From a virus, in the IMG/VR virus record IMGVR_UViG_3300024999_000081, positions 12,123-76,122 of that record: a stretch of 64,000 nt of DNA; one strand, written 5' to 3'. The position numbers and the translations under genes were made by a program. Under the pieces are notes generated by a model. That model searched no databases. It saw only the letters and a list, made by a program, of their open reading frames with translations, and was not told where the DNA came from. Below, piece after piece: positions 46,361 to 54,505 of this stretch (the stretch's first letter is position 1; the number at the start of each line of letters is the position of its first letter).

Positions 46361-47026
46361 ATGATTAAAGTAGAAAATATATCAGTTATGAATTTTGAAA
46401 ATGCGATTAGAGGAATGAGAAATCCTCTAGAAAGTTGGGATCAATCAGATAGTTATTGGAAATATAACTCTGAGTTAAGAAGTGGAATGGAGTATATTAT
46501 TGGCCCAAAAGATATGGAAGTTGCACTTAAACTTATTAAAGCTGGTTCAGATCACTCCAAATTCATTCGTCAAGTGTTTGTGTCAATGGATATAACCGCT
46601 CCTATGTCATGGTGGTGGGACTTCGATACATATAAGGTTTCTACAGTAAGAAATAGCACAAGTAGAATGCATAAATTAGGAACCAGATTATTAACAATTG
46701 ATGATTTCAGTTATGATAATGAAGATGGAGAAATAAATATTACTCCATTGAGAAAATATGTAATGGATGATTTAAACAAACGAATAGTAGAATATCAACA
46801 ACTCAAAGAAACAGATATTAAATCAGCAATGAAACTATGGAGAGAAATTGTATTTGATTCTCCTCAAAATTATAATTTTTTATCCACTTGGACTGGAAAT
46901 TATGAAAATCTTAGAAATGTATATCATGGTAGAAAAAATCACAAGCAAAGAGAATTTCCTGATTTTTGTGAAGTAATTGAAGGATTGCCATATAGTCAAT
47001 TAATTACTATTGAGAGGAAGAAATAA
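46361..47026 (+). CDS. Divergent ThyX-like protein
   Basis: AIRGMRNP, DHSKFIRQ, DITAP..WW..FDTYK..T..NSTSRMH, NYENLRNVY..RKNHK..EF..FC. Confidence 0.6.
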   Translation: MIKVENISVMNFENAIRGMRNPLESWDQSDSYWKYNSELRSGMEYIIGPKDMEVALKLIKAGSDHSKFIRQVFVSMDITAPMSWWWDFDTYKVSTVRNSTSRMHKLGTRLLTIDDFSYDNEDGEINITPLRKYVMDDLNKRIVEYQQLKETDIKSAMKLWREIVFDSPQNYNFLSTWTGNYENLRNVYHGRKNHKQREFPDFCEVIEGLPYSQLITIERKK

Positions 47027-47027
47027 T

Positions 47028-47549
47028 ATGGATATAATAATATTTGGTCAAATGGGGGCAGGAAAAAGCACTGTAGCAAATTATTTAAGAGATAAATATG
47101 GTTATTCTAAATTTTCTCTTGGTTCTAAGATACATAGTGAATGTAAAACACATGGAAATGAAACTCGAACAGAAATGCAAAGTTATGGTCAGGCAATGCG
47201 TAATATATTTGGAATTGATGTATGGTGTAATTATGTTAATAATAAGACATTTGATACAGACAGAGTAGTTATTGACGATGCTAGACAACTCAATGAATAC
47301 GATTACTTTAAGAATTTAGAATATCTAACGGTAGCAATTGTAGCAGATGATGATAAAAGAATCGAAAGACTTAAAAATAGAGTTGGCTATGTTGTTGATC
47401 CTAATACTTTTAATCACGAAACTGAGGTTCAGGCTAGAGCATGTATTAATAAATGTGAAATAAAAATCTATAATAATTCAGACGATATTAAAGAATTAAT
47501 TGAAGCAATTGAATATAAATTAGGTGAATATTTAGGAGGCAAGATTTAA
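47028..47549 (+). CDS. P-loop dNMP kinase-like protein
   Basis: GQMGAGKST, R..MQSYG..MR, VIDDARQLNE, HETE. Confidence 0.75.
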   Translation: MDIIIFGQMGAGKSTVANYLRDKYGYSKFSLGSKIHSECKTHGNETRTEMQSYGQAMRNIFGIDVWCNYVNNKTFDTDRVVIDDARQLNEYDYFKNLEYLTVAIVADDDKRIERLKNRVGYVVDPNTFNHETEVQARACINKCEIKIYNNSDDIKELIEAIEYKLGEYLGGKI

Positions 47550-47974
47550 TGTATATTTATCTCGCTGGAGCATTAACTGTACATCATCGCAACAAAGAAA
47601 TGCATAAAGCAACCAATTGGAGAAATATATTAGATACATGGGCAAACAACAATGATGTAGATACCTATAATCCTGCTAAAACATTTCTTAAAGAAATTAA
47701 TCATACATATGATAGTCGAATGTGTGTTGACCAAAACGAATATTATTTGCATAAATGCGACATTATGATTGTTAATTTAGATGATATAGAATTTAGCCCA
47801 GGTACAATTTATGAATTAGTTAGATTTAAAGATATGAGAAAACCTGTTATTGCTTTTGGAAATAAACATTGGAGTCCACATATTAATTCATGTATTTCAA
47901 ATCATTGTGAAAATTTAGATGATGTAATAAAACTTATTTATAACATGTTTGATCAGGGAAACTTGGATATTTAA
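47549..47974 (+). CDS. Nucleoside 2-deoxyribosyltransferase/N-glycosidase-like protein
   Basis: IYLAGA, WR, YNP, CDIMIVNL, SPGTIYEL, KPVIAF. Confidence 0.8.
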   Translation: MYIYLAGALTVHHRNKEMHKATNWRNILDTWANNNDVDTYNPAKTFLKEINHTYDSRMCVDQNEYYLHKCDIMIVNLDDIEFSPGTIYELVRFKDMRKPVIAFGNKHWSPHINSCISNHCENLDDVIKLIYNMFDQGNLDI

Positions 47975-47996
47975 TATTTATTAAAAGGAGAAATAA

Positions 47997-48431
47997 ATGA
48001 AAGAAAACTATAAAGAAATACATAAAATGTGTAATATGTGTGATAGAGCGAAGAATAGTTCTTGTAACTTCCCATGTAATGATTATGCAGATTATATGTA
48101 TAATCAATCGCTGAAAAACAATATCAATGATGATGTATCAGATGATTTATTGAAAAATAATAATTGTGTCAATGATATATCAGATTTTATTGAATATGAT
48201 GTTTCTGATAATGAATGGATTAGGTTAATTAATAAAGAAATTCCCATTATAGATATACTAGATGAAAATGCTTTCTATGAGTATCTTGAAACAGAAAATA
48301 CAAGATATTGTAAACAAGAGGTATTGTGTCCTGAATGTAGAGGAAAACTTGTAGAGAAGATTGAATATGAAGAAATTTGGGGTAGTCGCAGGGAATCTGA
48401 GAGATACTTAATTTGTGAGAACGGATGTTAA
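47997..48431 (+). CDS. Cys-rich zinc-finger protein
   Basis: CNMC...CNFPC; CPECRG...CENGC. Confidence 0.6.
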   Translation: MKENYKEIHKMCNMCDRAKNSSCNFPCNDYADYMYNQSLKNNINDDVSDDLLKNNNCVNDISDFIEYDVSDNEWIRLINKEIPIIDILDENAFYEYLETENTRYCKQEVLCPECRGKLVEKIEYEEIWGSRRESERYLICENGC

Positions 48432-48456
48432 AATAAAATTTTAGGAGGAATTCAAT

Positions 48457-48915
48457 ATGACAATGACAAAATATGAAACAATGTGTGATACATATAAACA
48501 TAAACAATTGGTAAATAAATATATGAATCAAGTAATAAAATCTTTATCAGAAAGAGCAATTAATCATGACAATTCAAAATTAGAGGACGTAGAAGTTGAT
48601 ATTTTTACGGAATATACTCCTAAATTATCTAAATCAACATATGGGAGTGAGGAGTATTATCAATTTCTTAAAGAAATGAAACCTGCATTGGATCATCATT
48701 ATGCTAAAAATTTACATCATCCCGAACACTACCCTAATGGAGTTAAGGATATGACATTGATTGATTTAATTGAAATGATATGTGATTGGAAGGCATCTAC
48801 TATGAGACACAATGATGGAAACATTTTGACTAGTATTGATAAAAATCAAGATAGGTTTGGTTATTCAAGTGATATGGCAGGGTGCTTTAAGAATACTGTT
48901 AAGTTGTTTGAATAG
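48457..48915 (+). CDS. DUF5662-like HD-fold protein
   Basis: HDNSKL, ALDHHYAKNLHHPEHY, EMICDWKA. Confidence 0.75.
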   Translation: MTMTKYETMCDTYKHKQLVNKYMNQVIKSLSERAINHDNSKLEDVEVDIFTEYTPKLSKSTYGSEEYYQFLKEMKPALDHHYAKNLHHPEHYPNGVKDMTLIDLIEMICDWKASTMRHNDGNILTSIDKNQDRFGYSSDMAGCFKNTVKLFE

Positions 48916-49155
48916 GGGGGGGATGTTAACAATCAGAATGATTCATAATCTCTCCCTAATAACCCTATTTTTAAAATTTTCTAAATTAGGTTCTAAATTA
49001 TTAAGAAAACTAGTTATTGCTATCTCTTTAGCAATAACTTTCATTCTTTCACTTACTGGGATTTCCATTTCTTCAACTGAATTAATTAATTCTAAATATG
49101 AATCTTTACATTCTTTTAGTTCCCATGTTTTTTGTCTTTGCATTTAAATCCTCCC

Positions 49156-49327
49156 TGTGGATAACTCTCCTTCTAAATGGTAATAATAGTAAGATATATA
49201 CACCTTGTATTAGTTTCTTTTGTGAGTCTAAAATTTAGACTGGTCGGGTATAAAACTTAGACGGGTCAAGATTTTAGACAGGTGTTTTCTGTGGATAAAT
49301 AGCTATAAACCAGTATAAAAATTAGAC
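49156..49327. repeat. Putative plasmid origin: four 15-bp iterons with two DnaA boxes
   Basis: GTCTAAAATTTAGAC 49226, GTATAAAACTTAGAC 49248, GTCAAGATTTTAGAC 49265, GTATAAAAATTAGAC 49313; TGTGGATAA at 49156 and 49290. Confidence 0.75.
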
Positions 49328-49342
49328 AGGTTGACATTTCAA

Positions 49343-49741
49343 TTACTCCCTTTCTTCCATCATTTTTTCATATAATTTATCTGCACTAATTACCCCTTCT
49401 TTAAAAGATTGTTCAACAATTTCTGTCTCTTCTGAACATAGAAAAATCATCTTTTTGATATTGCCATTTACACCTGCACTAGCTGTCCACACATAACCAT
49501 TCTCTTCTAGCCAATTTAAACCATTGATACAAGATTGGCGAGATAGTCCTGTAAGTTTAATCAATTGAGATATACTGATCCAATCTCCTGTCTTGGCAAA
49601 ACCCCATGTTTTTCTAATCATCAATAAATAAACCTTTAAAGCAGAGAAATTACTTATTCTAGGTATTAACTCGTCAAATACAATATTAGGGACTTCCATG
49701 TAATTCTTCTGTGGTTTTGGCAATCTAAACATGTTTATCAT
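49343..49741 (-). CDS. Small winged-HTH replication initiator (lambda O N-terminal-like)
   Basis: YMEVPNIVFD, LKVYLLMIRKTWGF...DWISISQLIKLTGLSRQSCINGLNWLEENGYV. Confidence 0.75.
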   Translation of the reverse strand: MINMFRLPKPQKNYMEVPNIVFDELIPRISNFSALKVYLLMIRKTWGFAKTGDWISISQLIKLTGLSRQSCINGLNWLEENGYVWTASAGVNGNIKKMIFLCSEETEIVEQSFKEGVISADKLYEKMMEERE

Positions 49742-49798
49742 CCTCTTTCAAGCAATAAAAATAGCAATGCTAGAGGACTATACAAAAATTTCTTTTTT

Positions 49799-49890
49799 TG
49801 ATATAATGAATATATAGAAATTTCATCTAGTCTTCTGGGTCTCCTAAAGCGATGTGTCGGCAAAACTCTACGCTTTAGGAGATTTTTCAT
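49799..49890 (+). ncRNA. Putative antisense (copy-control) RNA 1
   Basis: TGaTATAAT at 49799-49807, 12-bp stem TCTCCTAAAGCG/CGCTTTAGGAGA plus T-tract; antisense to the rep leader. Confidence 0.5.
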
Positions 49891-49998
49891 TTGCTTTATT
49901 AAGTTAATAAATCTAACTCAATAAAAAGTTGGCAGTATGTTCTTTTACACACTACCAACTTTTGACATTCTTTGTTTAATTAATACCAAAATATAGAC

Positions 49999-50122
49999 TT
50001 GATTTTTTTCTATATCTGACTATAATTAATATCAAGAGCGTCAAGTAAATGTTGTGTTGGAACATTACTTGATCAAGAGCCTGTCAAGTCCTTGCAAGAC
50101 ATGATGGGCTTTGCTTATTTTA
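49999..50122 (+). ncRNA. Putative antisense RNA 2
   Basis: TTGATT-16-TATAAT followed by two stem-loops and a T-rich end; antisense to the rep leader. Confidence 0.45.
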
Positions 50123-50191
50123 TTGAGTTAATTTGTTAGAGTTATATATTCGACACGCTATGTCAAATCTCCTTTTAAGTATACATGAAAT

Positions 50192-50239
50192 TTGTCCACA
50201 GGTATATATGTCTAGAAAATTTTATCCACATGTGTATAA
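50192..50239. promoter_or_regulatory. DnaA-box cluster upstream of the rep leader
   Basis: TTGTCCACA 50192, TTATCCACA 50222, TGTGTATAA 50231. Confidence 0.65.
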
Positions 50240-50270
50240 CTCATAAGGCCCAAATAAAAAACGAAAAAAT

Positions 50271-50302
50271 AAGCACTATCTAAAATTAAATAGATAGTGC
50301 TT
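50271..50302 (-). terminator. Rho-independent terminator (probably bidirectional)
   Basis: AAGCACTATCTA-aaattaaa-TAGATAGTGCTT with A/T tracts on both sides. Confidence 0.7.
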
Positions 50303-50325
50303 TTATAAATTCAACCAAATTCATA

Positions 50326-51147
50326 TCACCTGACATTCAGTGGCAACCATATTTTCTCCTTAATTTCTAATCTTTCATTTTCTCTTTTCATCTCATTAAT
50401 CCTATTATCACATTCATCTTTCATTTCTTGTCTCATTGCCCTTAATTCCAATATATAACTTTCTCTCAATTCATTAATCTCCTTCAATCTATCCTGCTTT
50501 GATTCAACCAATTGCCCTTCTAAAAACACTGATTTATTCTCAGATTCCTTTAATTGAAGTTGCAAATACTTGTTAGAATCTTCTAATTCACCAATTGAAA
50601 ATTCTAATTCATCTACAGCCCCGATTCTTTTTCTCATTTCATCATTTTCTAACCTTAATGTTTCAATCAAATAATTTGAGTTATTATGTCCGGCCTCTAA
50701 CTCAATATTTCTTTTGGATAAAGTCTCCGACTTATCTTCTGCTTCTTTTCTTGCTTTATCAGAATCCTTTTTGTTGTTTTCAGCAATATCAATTCTTTCT
50801 CTTAGAGAATCTAAAGTTGTTTTAAAATCATTTGTTAAAGTTTGAACTGTTTCCATATGGAATTTCTTTTGGTCTGCTTCACTACGAGTAATCTCTGTAA
50901 ACATTTGAATTATACGTTCAGTGTGTTCTTTCATTTTCAACATGTTTGGAGTTATAAGTTCAGATATTCCACCTGATTCTGCTTCTAGTTGATCTTTCTT
51001 TAATCTTATTATATCTAAAAACAAATCTTTTGATTTCAAACCTGTACGAGCCTGAAGTGAATCCCATTCAGTTTTACCTTCTTCATTGTCTAACCGGATT
51101 GATAGGGTAGAAGAGGATGGTTTTCTTTGCTCTTCGGAATCGCTCAT
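50326..51147 (-). CDS. KfrA-like protein: N-terminal ribbon-helix-helix-like DNA-binding domain plus long coiled coil
   Basis: TLSIRLD...WDSLQARTGLKSKDLFLDII followed by about 200 aa of heptad-rich sequence. Confidence 0.55.
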   Translation of the reverse strand: MSDSEEQRKPSSSTLSIRLDNEEGKTEWDSLQARTGLKSKDLFLDIIRLKKDQLEAESGGISELITPNMLKMKEHTERIIQMFTEITRSEADQKKFHMETVQTLTNDFKTTLDSLRERIDIAENNKKDSDKARKEAEDKSETLSKRNIELEAGHNNSNYLIETLRLENDEMRKRIGAVDELEFSIGELEDSNKYLQLQLKESENKSVFLEGQLVESKQDRLKEINELRESYILELRAMRQEMKDECDNRINEMKRENERLEIKEKIWLPLNVR

Positions 51148-51197
51148 TGATTAATTCCTCCTAAATTTGTTTTTGGATTTTAGGTTATATGAAATAT

Positions 51198-51260
51198 GTT
51201 TACATTTTAGGTGGATATAACGGTAGGTTTACGTTGTTTACAAGTAAACATTTGTTTACA
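51198..51260. repeat. Five GTTTAC boxes (one inverted) between the divergent kfrA-like and parM genes
   Basis: GTTTAC four times and GTAAAC once within 63 bp. Confidence 0.6.
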
Positions 51261-51341
51261 TTATGATTTGTATTGATTATATCAAGGATTATTGGATTAG
51301 GCAAGTAGGAGGATTTTATTCTTATGTCACATAAAAATGTG

Positions 51342-51370
51342 TTGCAAAGTGTGATATTAACCTATATACT
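51342..51370 (+). promoter_or_regulatory. Sigma-A promoter of parMR
   Basis: TTGCAA-17-TATACT, overlapped by GTGTGAT/ATCACAC-like repeats. Confidence 0.55.
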
Positions 51371-51422
51371 AAGCTTAACAGCATATCAATCATCACACTA
51401 AAATATTAAGGAGGAATTATAA

Positions 51423-52277
51423 ATGGTTCAAGTAATACCTATTGATACGGGCCGAAGTTCTACTAAACTTATAAATGGAGTGTCTTTTAGATCAGTGGTT
51501 GGTGAATGGCATCATAGAGAAATTTCTGATAATGAGGAATACGAAGTAATTATTGATGGTGAAAAGTATTTTGTTGGTCAGCTTGCCATAGATGAATCAA
51601 TTGCCCCAGTGGAATTTAATACATCTTCGAAGATAACCAATGAGAACAAAGTCCTTTTTCTAACTGGTGTTGCTCTATCGGCAGTTGAAAATGATGAAGA
51701 TACTAGTCTTTTTGTTGTAACTGGTGTACCTGTTGATATGTTTAATGTGGCAACAAAGACTGCATTAGAAAACTTATTATATGGAGAGTATAATATTAGA
51801 GTTAATGATAAACATATCAAGAAGTTATGTATTGATAGTGTTACAATTGTCCCTGAAGGGGTCGCAGCTTATCAATATCAATTATCTAAAGATGATAGTT
51901 TAAGACTTGGCAAAAAGAGAATAATTGATATTGGTTCTCTCACAGTGAATTTTTCGACAATATCAGACACTAAGTTCATTAATCGTGACTCAGGAACTCT
52001 GGCGTTCGGCATGATCAAGATCAGAGGAAATCAGGTTAGCAATGAACAGTATGTAAAACGTATTATCGCGGAATTATCTCAGAAATTCAGTGATTATGAC
52101 CCTTCTGATCGCGTATTACTTACTGGTGGCGGAGCTTTGCAATTTAGTGAATTATTTAGAAAACATTATAAGAATTTAGAGATAATTGATAATCCTGTAT
52201 TTGCTAATACTCTTGGGTATTATAGAATGGGTGTGAGTAGATGCATCAAGGAGAACATGAAAGTAAAAGCAGAGTAA
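51423..52277 (+). CDS. parM: ParM/StbA-family actin-like segregation ATPase
   Basis: IDTGRSSTK, YFVG, VTGVP, IVPEG, IIDIGSLT, LLTGGGA, FANTLGYY. Confidence 0.88.
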   Translation: MVQVIPIDTGRSSTKLINGVSFRSVVGEWHHREISDNEEYEVIIDGEKYFVGQLAIDESIAPVEFNTSSKITNENKVLFLTGVALSAVENDEDTSLFVVTGVPVDMFNVATKTALENLLYGEYNIRVNDKHIKKLCIDSVTIVPEGVAAYQYQLSKDDSLRLGKKRIIDIGSLTVNFSTISDTKFINRDSGTLAFGMIKIRGNQVSNEQYVKRIIAELSQKFSDYDPSDRVLLTGGGALQFSELFRKHYKNLEIIDNPVFANTLGYYRMGVSRCIKENMKVKAE

Positions 52278-52486
52278 GAAGAAAAGTTGTTTATTTTAAT
52301 TTGGAAGATGAAGACGAGTTAATACTTTTTGAAAAAGCAACTAAAATGAATAATTTTAGTAAATGGGTTAAAAAGTGCCTCATTAATAATGGGAAGAACG
52401 TAATAAAAGAACCAATTATTGAGCAACCTAAGATTGAAAGAAAGACGAGGATAGAGAAAGATGATTTTGAAGATATAATGATGTGA
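52241..52486 (+). CDS. ParR-like centromere-binding adaptor
   Basis: Overlaps the parM end; KVVYFN...NFSKWVKKCLI RHH-like; acidic tail. Confidence 0.65.
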   Translation: MHQGEHESKSRVRRKVVYFNLEDEDELILFEKATKMNNFSKWVKKCLINNGKNVIKEPIIEQPKIERKTRIEKDDFEDIMM

Positions 52487-52528
52487 GATGCAATTGTAAT
52501 GATTGTGTCTTCTTTTTTTTGTTTTATC

Positions 52529-52601
52529 AAGTATGACTAAAAGTATGATAGATCGTGTGATTATAGGGGTTAGAGATAATGAAGTATGCTATAAAGTATT
52601 A
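52529..52601 (+). repeat. Two pairs of AAGTAT(G) direct repeats (candidate parC or resolution site)
   Basis: AAGTATGAC-taa-AAGTATGAT ... AAGTATGCT-ata-AAGTATTA, 12-bp period within each pair. Confidence 0.4.
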
Positions 52602-52741
52602 AGTCTTGAAAAATCAGGGCTTTTTATTTTTGTTTAATATAAATTACCATTTATTGCTATACATAACGTACAAACAATGCTCAATAAGATTAATCATGAA
52701 ACATTTTCAGACATTGAAAAAGATTGAGGGTGATTATCTAA

Positions 52742-52984
52742 ATGCTCAATAAAGTAGAAGTAGAAATATTGCAACATATGTTGCAAAACAAATTAACCGA
52801 TCAAATCAATAGTCGTACTATCCGTAATATCAGTAAGGGGATTGAGATTAATTATTTCAGAACTAGAAATTATGTAAATCACTTGAAACTTCTTGGGTTA
52901 TTGGACTCTGGATTTAAGGAGTTGAACAGTGGAACTTTTTACATTACTAAAAAAGGGGTTGAAATTATCAATGAAAAAACCTGA
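52742..52984 (+). CDS. Winged-HTH protein
   Basis: TIRNISKGIEINYFRTRNYVNHLKLLGLL...FYITKKG. Confidence 0.75.
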   Translation: MLNKVEVEILQHMLQNKLTDQINSRTIRNISKGIEINYFRTRNYVNHLKLLGLLDSGFKELNSGTFYITKKGVEIINEKT

Positions 52985-53213
52985 AATTAGATTAAAAACA
53001 AAACCAATATTAACCAGTAAACCAATTATTCCAACACAATGTCCCAATCCTAAATGTAGATCATCAAACATTATTGGCAAAGGAATGGTAATCGGTATGG
53101 CTTATATTAATCTTGAAACTATGAATGTCGATGAACTAGGTGACGATTTTGAAGTTTGTGATAAAGATAATTTAACGTATAGGTGTTTTGATTGTGAGTG
53201 GGATTGGGAGTAA
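52971..53213 (+). CDS. Zinc-ribbon protein
   Basis: CPNPKC...CFDC. Confidence 0.6.
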   Translation: MKKPEIRLKTKPILTSKPIIPTQCPNPKCRSSNIIGKGMVIGMAYINLETMNVDELGDDFEVCDKDNLTYRCFDCEWDWE

Positions 53214-53233
53214 TTATTTAAGGAGGAATTATT

Positions 53234-53407
53234 ATGTATAAAGAAATTTTACAGATTATTGCAATTATTTCTATAATTAGCGTAGGTTTATATCCTCTCT
53301 TATCAAAAAGGAATAAGCCTTGGACATGGTATATCAAAAGTAATTTATGTATATATGTGGTTTATACCATCGGGGTATTTGTTGTTATAGCATTACATTT
53401 AAATTAG
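53234..53407 (+). CDS. Small two-TM protein (57 aa)
   Basis: AAGGAGG RBS; MYKEILQIIAIISIISVGLYPLL... Confidence 0.6.
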   Translation: MYKEILQIIAIISIISVGLYPLLSKRNKPWTWYIKSNLCIYVVYTIGVFVVIALHLN

Positions 53408-53541
53408 AAACTAAAGAATTATAAAGAAAAATCGCCTAAGTTGGCGATTTGGTGAAAAGGTAGACTCTAACTAAGTTTCATCTTCCATGAATTCTCATGT
53501 TCATATGAATATGCCATCTATTTCTGAATTATGCTAGTACA

Positions 53542-53637
53542 CTACTGTAAAAACTGACTGCCAATATTTACTATCTGTGCAACGCTATATCCAAACCCTA
53601 CTAAACCTGTAAAAATTAATCCTGCCCCTAAGATCAT
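53542..53637 (-). CDS. 31-aa hydrophobic peptide
   Basis: GAAGGAGG RBS; MILGAGLIFTGLVGFGYSVAQIVNIGSQFLQ. Confidence 0.6.
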   Translation of the reverse strand: MILGAGLIFTGLVGFGYSVAQIVNIGSQFLQ

Positions 53638-53762
53638 ATTAATTACCTCCTTCAAATTTTCAATTATTTTTCGTTTAATAAATTAAATGATTTCTTGCTC
53701 ACGACCATGATTGTATTGTGTCCTAAATCAATTAATTTATACATGGGAAGGAAGATTAATTT

Positions 53763-53885
53763 ATGAAAATTTTAGAGACTTTGTTGAATATTGCTTCATA
53801 TGCATTTCTAGCAATGTTTTGTGTCACTGTTGTAAAAATCGGAATGAAACTTTGTGGAATTAGAATTTTTGGCAATAAAAACTAG
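53763..53885 (+). CDS. 40-aa single-TM peptide
   Basis: MKILETLLNIASYAFLAMFCVTVVKIGMKLCGIRIFGNKN. Confidence 0.45.
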   Translation: MKILETLLNIASYAFLAMFCVTVVKIGMKLCGIRIFGNKN

Positions 53886-53904
53886 TCACAAAGGAGGAAG
53901 TTAC

Positions 53905-54135
53905 ATGCTAGTAGAACCTTTCAGACAAAGCATTCTGCCTATTTTAGTTCAGATTGGCATGGTAATGGTGATATACTCTGTTACTGTTTTAGGATATCAA
54001 CAAATCAGGCGACCAGATATGGTTCAAATGATTGAAAAATTAAGAGGATTATTATTCGGATTTCTTCTGGTTAAATGTAGTTATTTAGCTGTAATGTTTA
54101 TCAATAATACTGTAGATAAAATCGTATTAAAATGA
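53905..54135 (+). CDS. VirB2/TrbC-like pilin-type membrane protein
   Basis: AAGGAGG RBS; two TM segments joined by a ...MIEKLRGLLFGFLLV loop. Confidence 0.5.
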   Translation: MLVEPFRQSILPILVQIGMVMVIYSVTVLGYQQIRRPDMVQMIEKLRGLLFGFLLVKCSYLAVMFINNTVDKIVLK

Positions 54136-54136
54136 G

Positions 54137-54493
54137 GTGACATTAATGGCAGGAAGTATTTTAAAAGATTTCTTTATTCCAAATCCTAATTTCAATTCAA
54201 TGCCTGAAGAAAATTTTATTGAACGTGGAATATCATCTGGCATCGAAAAAGGCATGGGGAAGGTTGGTGAGAATCTTCTCCATGCAGGTCAAGTTAAAAC
54301 AAGATCGTTTGCTGAAAACCTTCCAGAACTTGCATCTTTGGCAATGATTAGTTATTTAATATATTTAGGTTATATGTCATTTATAAAAAATGGTAAAACC
54401 GTAGAAGTTGAAGCATTATTTCAAAAAATATATCCTGCTTTTATGATATATATTATTTTCAAACTGTTTTTTAGAGTTGTATTAAAAATTTAA
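54137..54493 (+). CDS. Two-TM membrane protein
   Basis: Hydrophobic C-terminal half; translationally coupled to neighbours. Confidence 0.65.
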   Translation: MTLMAGSILKDFFIPNPNFNSMPEENFIERGISSGIEKGMGKVGENLLHAGQVKTRSFAENLPELASLAMISYLIYLGYMSFIKNGKTVEVEALFQKIYPAFMIYIIFKLFFRVVLKI

Positions 54494-54505
54494 GGAGTGA
54501 TAATT

